A DNA stretch of 64,000 nt from Octopus sinensis (taxonomy: Eukaryota): assembly GCF_006345805.1 (NCBI RefSeq), contig NC_043005.1, forward strand, positions 97,836,001 through 97,900,000, in the 5' to 3' direction. Shown piece after piece: positions 63,318-64,000 of the stretch. The notes under the pieces are model-generated. The model had not been told where the DNA came from. It was given only the letters and a program-made list of their open reading frames with translations, and searched no databases. Within the stretch, counting starts at the first letter, position 1; each line of letters opens with the position of its first letter. A program made the translations under genes and the position numbers.

Positions 63318-63960
63318 CAAGCACATCTAGGCTTTGAAAGAAAGTGCAATGGAGTAACGTATAAAGTGGAAGATCCTAGAAAAATGCAAACCATACTTCA
63401 ATAGCAGCAGGAAGAGCAGATTATGCCTGGCTGAGAAAAGAGCAATTTTAAAAGGGATCCAACGCCCAGATGTCTACTTGAATAGCAGGAGTGAGGTGTT
63501 TAATCCTTGCCTGCATGAAAGGAAGTACATCCTATTGTACCTACTCGTCCCACCATGGTCTCCTTCTTTGATCCTTCACCAACGACCACCCACTGATAAC
63601 CTCGGGCCTGACAAAAAGAGTTTGACTAAAGCACACACCAATGCATTTATGTACACACATGCACACCCTTATAAGACAGACATACCACAAAATAGGCTGT
63701 CTCCCATCACTCCCCAACCCTAACCTTAACCCCTGCACACAAATTGTACCCTCACACATGCACAGACCCCCTCTCCCCACACATTACACACCACATGCTA
63801 ACATAAAACGGCCCCCCCCCATAACTGTATCCTTTACAGAAAGAAAACAGACCAACAAACACAGCTATATATACCTACACCCACAGGGGCACCACATTAA
63901 TAATACACACCTCACTTCAAGACAACTCTTACTGACATTATAGCATACCCAACCAATGGA
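63318..63960 (+). mobile_element. Second Penelope-like copy (GIY-YIG C-terminus plus 3' UTR)
   Basis: KWKILEKCKPYFNS..LCLAEKRAILK..YLNSRSEVFNPCLHERKYIL, paralogous to 62460-62680. Confidence 0.85.
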
Positions 63961-64000
63961 CATAACTCCTAACCTAATCCCCTGACCCTTTTATGTTTCA

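Overview
AT-rich, microsatellite-saturated eukaryotic DNA. The repeat families and composition suggest an octopus or coleoid cephalopod genome (inference). I find no supportable intact host protein-coding gene, no true tRNA/rRNA gene and no CRISPR array; nearly all ORF-track entries are microsatellite translations or transposon remnants. The window is a layered transposable-element graveyard. It holds two long RTE-clade LINEs: one at 9836-14400 with an apparent twin-priming inversion, a PHD-like finger inside the RT and a tandem-array 3' UTR, and a GC-rich full-length BovB-like copy at 50762-54707 with a TSD. It also holds many 5'-truncated RTE 3' ends ending in (ATG)n, several tRNA-derived SINE families (labelled B-E here, my own labels), relics of R4/Dong-like, CR1/L2, Penelope, Gypsy, Tc1, mariner, piggyBac and hAT elements, at least five fold-back/TIR non-autonomous elements, and a near-identical 1012-bp tandem duplication. 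The most interesting signals are the inverted RTE, several degenerate hammerhead-ribozyme-like cores (one inside a perfect-TIR element), the long fold-back elements, and a 281-codon Asp-rich open frame. Coordinates of degraded elements are approximate (about +/-20 bp), and family assignments rest on motif recognition by eye, not database searches.
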